A stretch of DNA of 64,000 nucleotides from Eledone cirrhosa (taxonomy: Eukaryota), in contig OZ024741.1 of assembly GCA_964016885.1 (NCBI GenBank), positions 72,044,001 to 72,108,000 of the forward strand, written 5' to 3'. The notes beneath the pieces were generated by a model. The model searched no databases, was not told where the DNA came from, and saw only the letters and a list, made by a program, of their open reading frames with translations. Positions within the stretch are counted from its first letter, which is position 1. Every line of letters begins with the position of its first letter. This document shows positions 62,201 to 64,000 of the stretch, piece after piece. A program made the position numbers and the translations under genes.

Positions 62201-64000
62201 ACTTGGAGATACAGTGTTTTTATGGTGGTGTTGTAGTGTCTTGATTGACTGGGAGAGACAGTGTTTTTATGGTGGTGTTGTAGTGTCTTGATTGACTGGG
62301 AGAGAGTGATTTTATGGTGATGTTGTAGTGTCTTGATTGACTGGGAGATACAGTGTTTTTATGGTGGTGTTGTAGTGTCTTGATTGACTGGGAGAGGAAA
62401 TGTTTTTATGGTGGTGTTGTAGTGTCTTGATTGACTGGGAGAGACAGTGTTTTTATGGTGGTGTTGTAGTGTCTTGATTGACTGGGAGAGACAGTGTTTT
62501 TATGGGGGTGTTGTAGTGTCTTGATTGACTGGGAGAGGCAGTGTTTTTATGGTGGTGTTGTAGTGTTTGGATTGACTGGGAGAGACAGTGTTTTTATGGT
62601 GGTGTTGTAGTGTTTGGAATGACTGGGAGAGACAGTGTTTTTATGGTGGTGTTGTAGTGTCTTGATTGACTGGGAGAGAGTGTTTTTATGGTGATGTTGT
62701 AGTGTCTTGATTGACTGGGAGATACAGTGTTTTTATGGTGGTGTTGTAGTGTCTTGATTGACTGGGAGAGGAAATGTTTTTATGGTGATGTTGTAGTGTC
62801 TTGATTGACTGGGAGATACAGTGTTTTTATGGTGGTGTTGTAGTGTCTTGATTGACTGGGAGAGGAAATGTTTTTATGGTGGTGTTGTAGTGTCTTGATT
62901 GACTGGGAGAGACAGTGTTTTTATGGTGGTGTTGTAGTGTCTTGATTGACTGGGAGAGACAGTGTTTTTATGGGGGTGTTGTAGTGTCTTGATTTACTGG
63001 GAGAGGCAGTGTTTTTCTGGTGGTGTTGTAGTGTTTGGATTGACTGGGATAGACAGTGTTTTTATGGTGGTGTTGTAGTGTTTGGAATGACTGGGAGAGA
63101 CAGTGTTTTTATGGTGGTGTTGTAGATTCTTGATTGACTGGGAGAGACAGTGTTTTTATGGTGGTGTTGTAGTGTCTTGATTGACTGGGAGAGACAGTGT
63201 TTTTATGGTGGTGTTGTAGTGCCTTGATTGACTGGGAGAGACAGTGTTTTTATGGTGGTGTTGTAGTGTCTTGATTGACTGGGAGAGACAGTGTTTTTAT
63301 GGTGGTGTTGTAGTGTCTTGATTGACTGAGAGAGGCAGTGTTTTTATGGTGGTGTTTTAGTGCCTTGATTGACTGGGAGAGAGTGTTTTTATGGTGGTGT
63401 TGTAGTTTCTTGATTGACTGAGAGAGGCAGTGTTTTTATGGTGGTGCTGTAGTGACTTGATTGACTGAGAGAGGCAGTGTTTTTATGGTGGTGTTGTAGG
63501 GCCTTGATTGACTGGGAGAGAGTGTTTTTATGGTGGTGTTGTAGTGTCTTGATTGACTGGGAGATACAGTGTTTTTATGGTGGTGTTGTAGTGTCTTCAT
63601 TGACTGGGAGAGACAGTGTTATTATGGTGGTGTTGGAGTGTCTTGATTGACTTGGAGATACAGTGTTTTTATGGTGGTGTTGTAGTGTCTTGATTGACTG
63701 GGAGAGACAGTGTTTTTATGGTGGTGTTGTAGTGTCTTGATTGACTGGGAGAGAGTGATTTTATGGTGATGTTGTAGTGTCTTGATTGACTGGGAGATAC
63801 AGTGTTTTTATGGTGGTGTTGTAGTGTCTTGATTGACTGGGAGAGGAAATGTTTTTATGGTGGTGTTGTAGTGTCTTGATTGACTGGGAGAGACAGTGTT
63901 TTTATGGTGGTGTTGTAGTGTCTTGATTGACTGGGAGAGACAGTGTTTTTATGGGGGTGTTGTAGTGTCTTGATTGACTGGGAGAGGCAGTGTTTTTATG
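14270..64000 (+). repeat. 47-bp satellite array, >1000 head-to-tail monomers, runs off the window end
   Basis: Consensus GTGTCTTGATTGACTGGGAGAGACAGTGTTTTTATGGTGGTGTTGTA (period e.g. 14341 to 14388). Common 45-bp variants. Single orientation, no inserted elements seen. Confidence 0.99.
15986..33615 (+). repeat. 8915-bp tandem super-duplication within the satellite
   Basis: Rare variants recur at exactly +8915: CGGAATG 16621/25536, GGGCGAGG 17287/26202, ACTCGCAG 18901/27816, GGGACAGAG 20447/29362, GACGGGGAG 21366/30281. Confidence 0.9.

Noticed and set aside
14270-64000. CRISPR-like array
   Set aside because: Monomers are head-to-tail with no unique spacers, there are no cas genes, and the context is eukaryotic.
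14270-64000. RAG recombination-signal-like motifs (GACAGTG heptamer-like; TGTTTTTAT nonamer-like)
   Set aside because: The heptamer lacks the essential CAC in the consensus, and the two motifs overlap in incompatible orientation without a 12/23 spacer.
14270-64000. Hammerhead ribozyme in the satellite monomer (as in newt or cricket satellites)
   Set aside because: No CTGANGA core or GAAA box on either strand of the consensus; only weak 4-5-bp stems (TGTCT/AGACA, ACTG/CAGT).

Overview
Eukaryotic, non-genic, repeat-dominated window. The SINE, MITE and microsatellite repertoire resembles coleoid cephalopod (Octopus-like) DNA; this is inferred from recognised repeat motifs and not verified. Bases 1-14,000 are AT-rich DNA with microsatellites, tRNA-derived SINEs, TTAA-CCCT piggyBac-like MITEs, a Tc1/mariner-like MITE split by a SINE and an RTE-LINE 3' fragment. 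They also hold a near-perfect 414-bp palindrome (294-707) whose arms each carry a minimal type I hammerhead-ribozyme motif, as expected of a Penelope-like element remnant. From about 14,270 to the window end lies an uninterrupted ~50-kb array of a 47-bp G/T-rich satellite (consensus GTGTCTTGATTGACTGGGAGAGACAGTGTTTTTATGGTGGTGTTGTA). The array has a degenerate entry zone and nested higher-order periods (2925, 2502, 8915, 3202/3204, 5579, 4224, 4036 and 1449 bp). No credible intact protein-coding gene was found.
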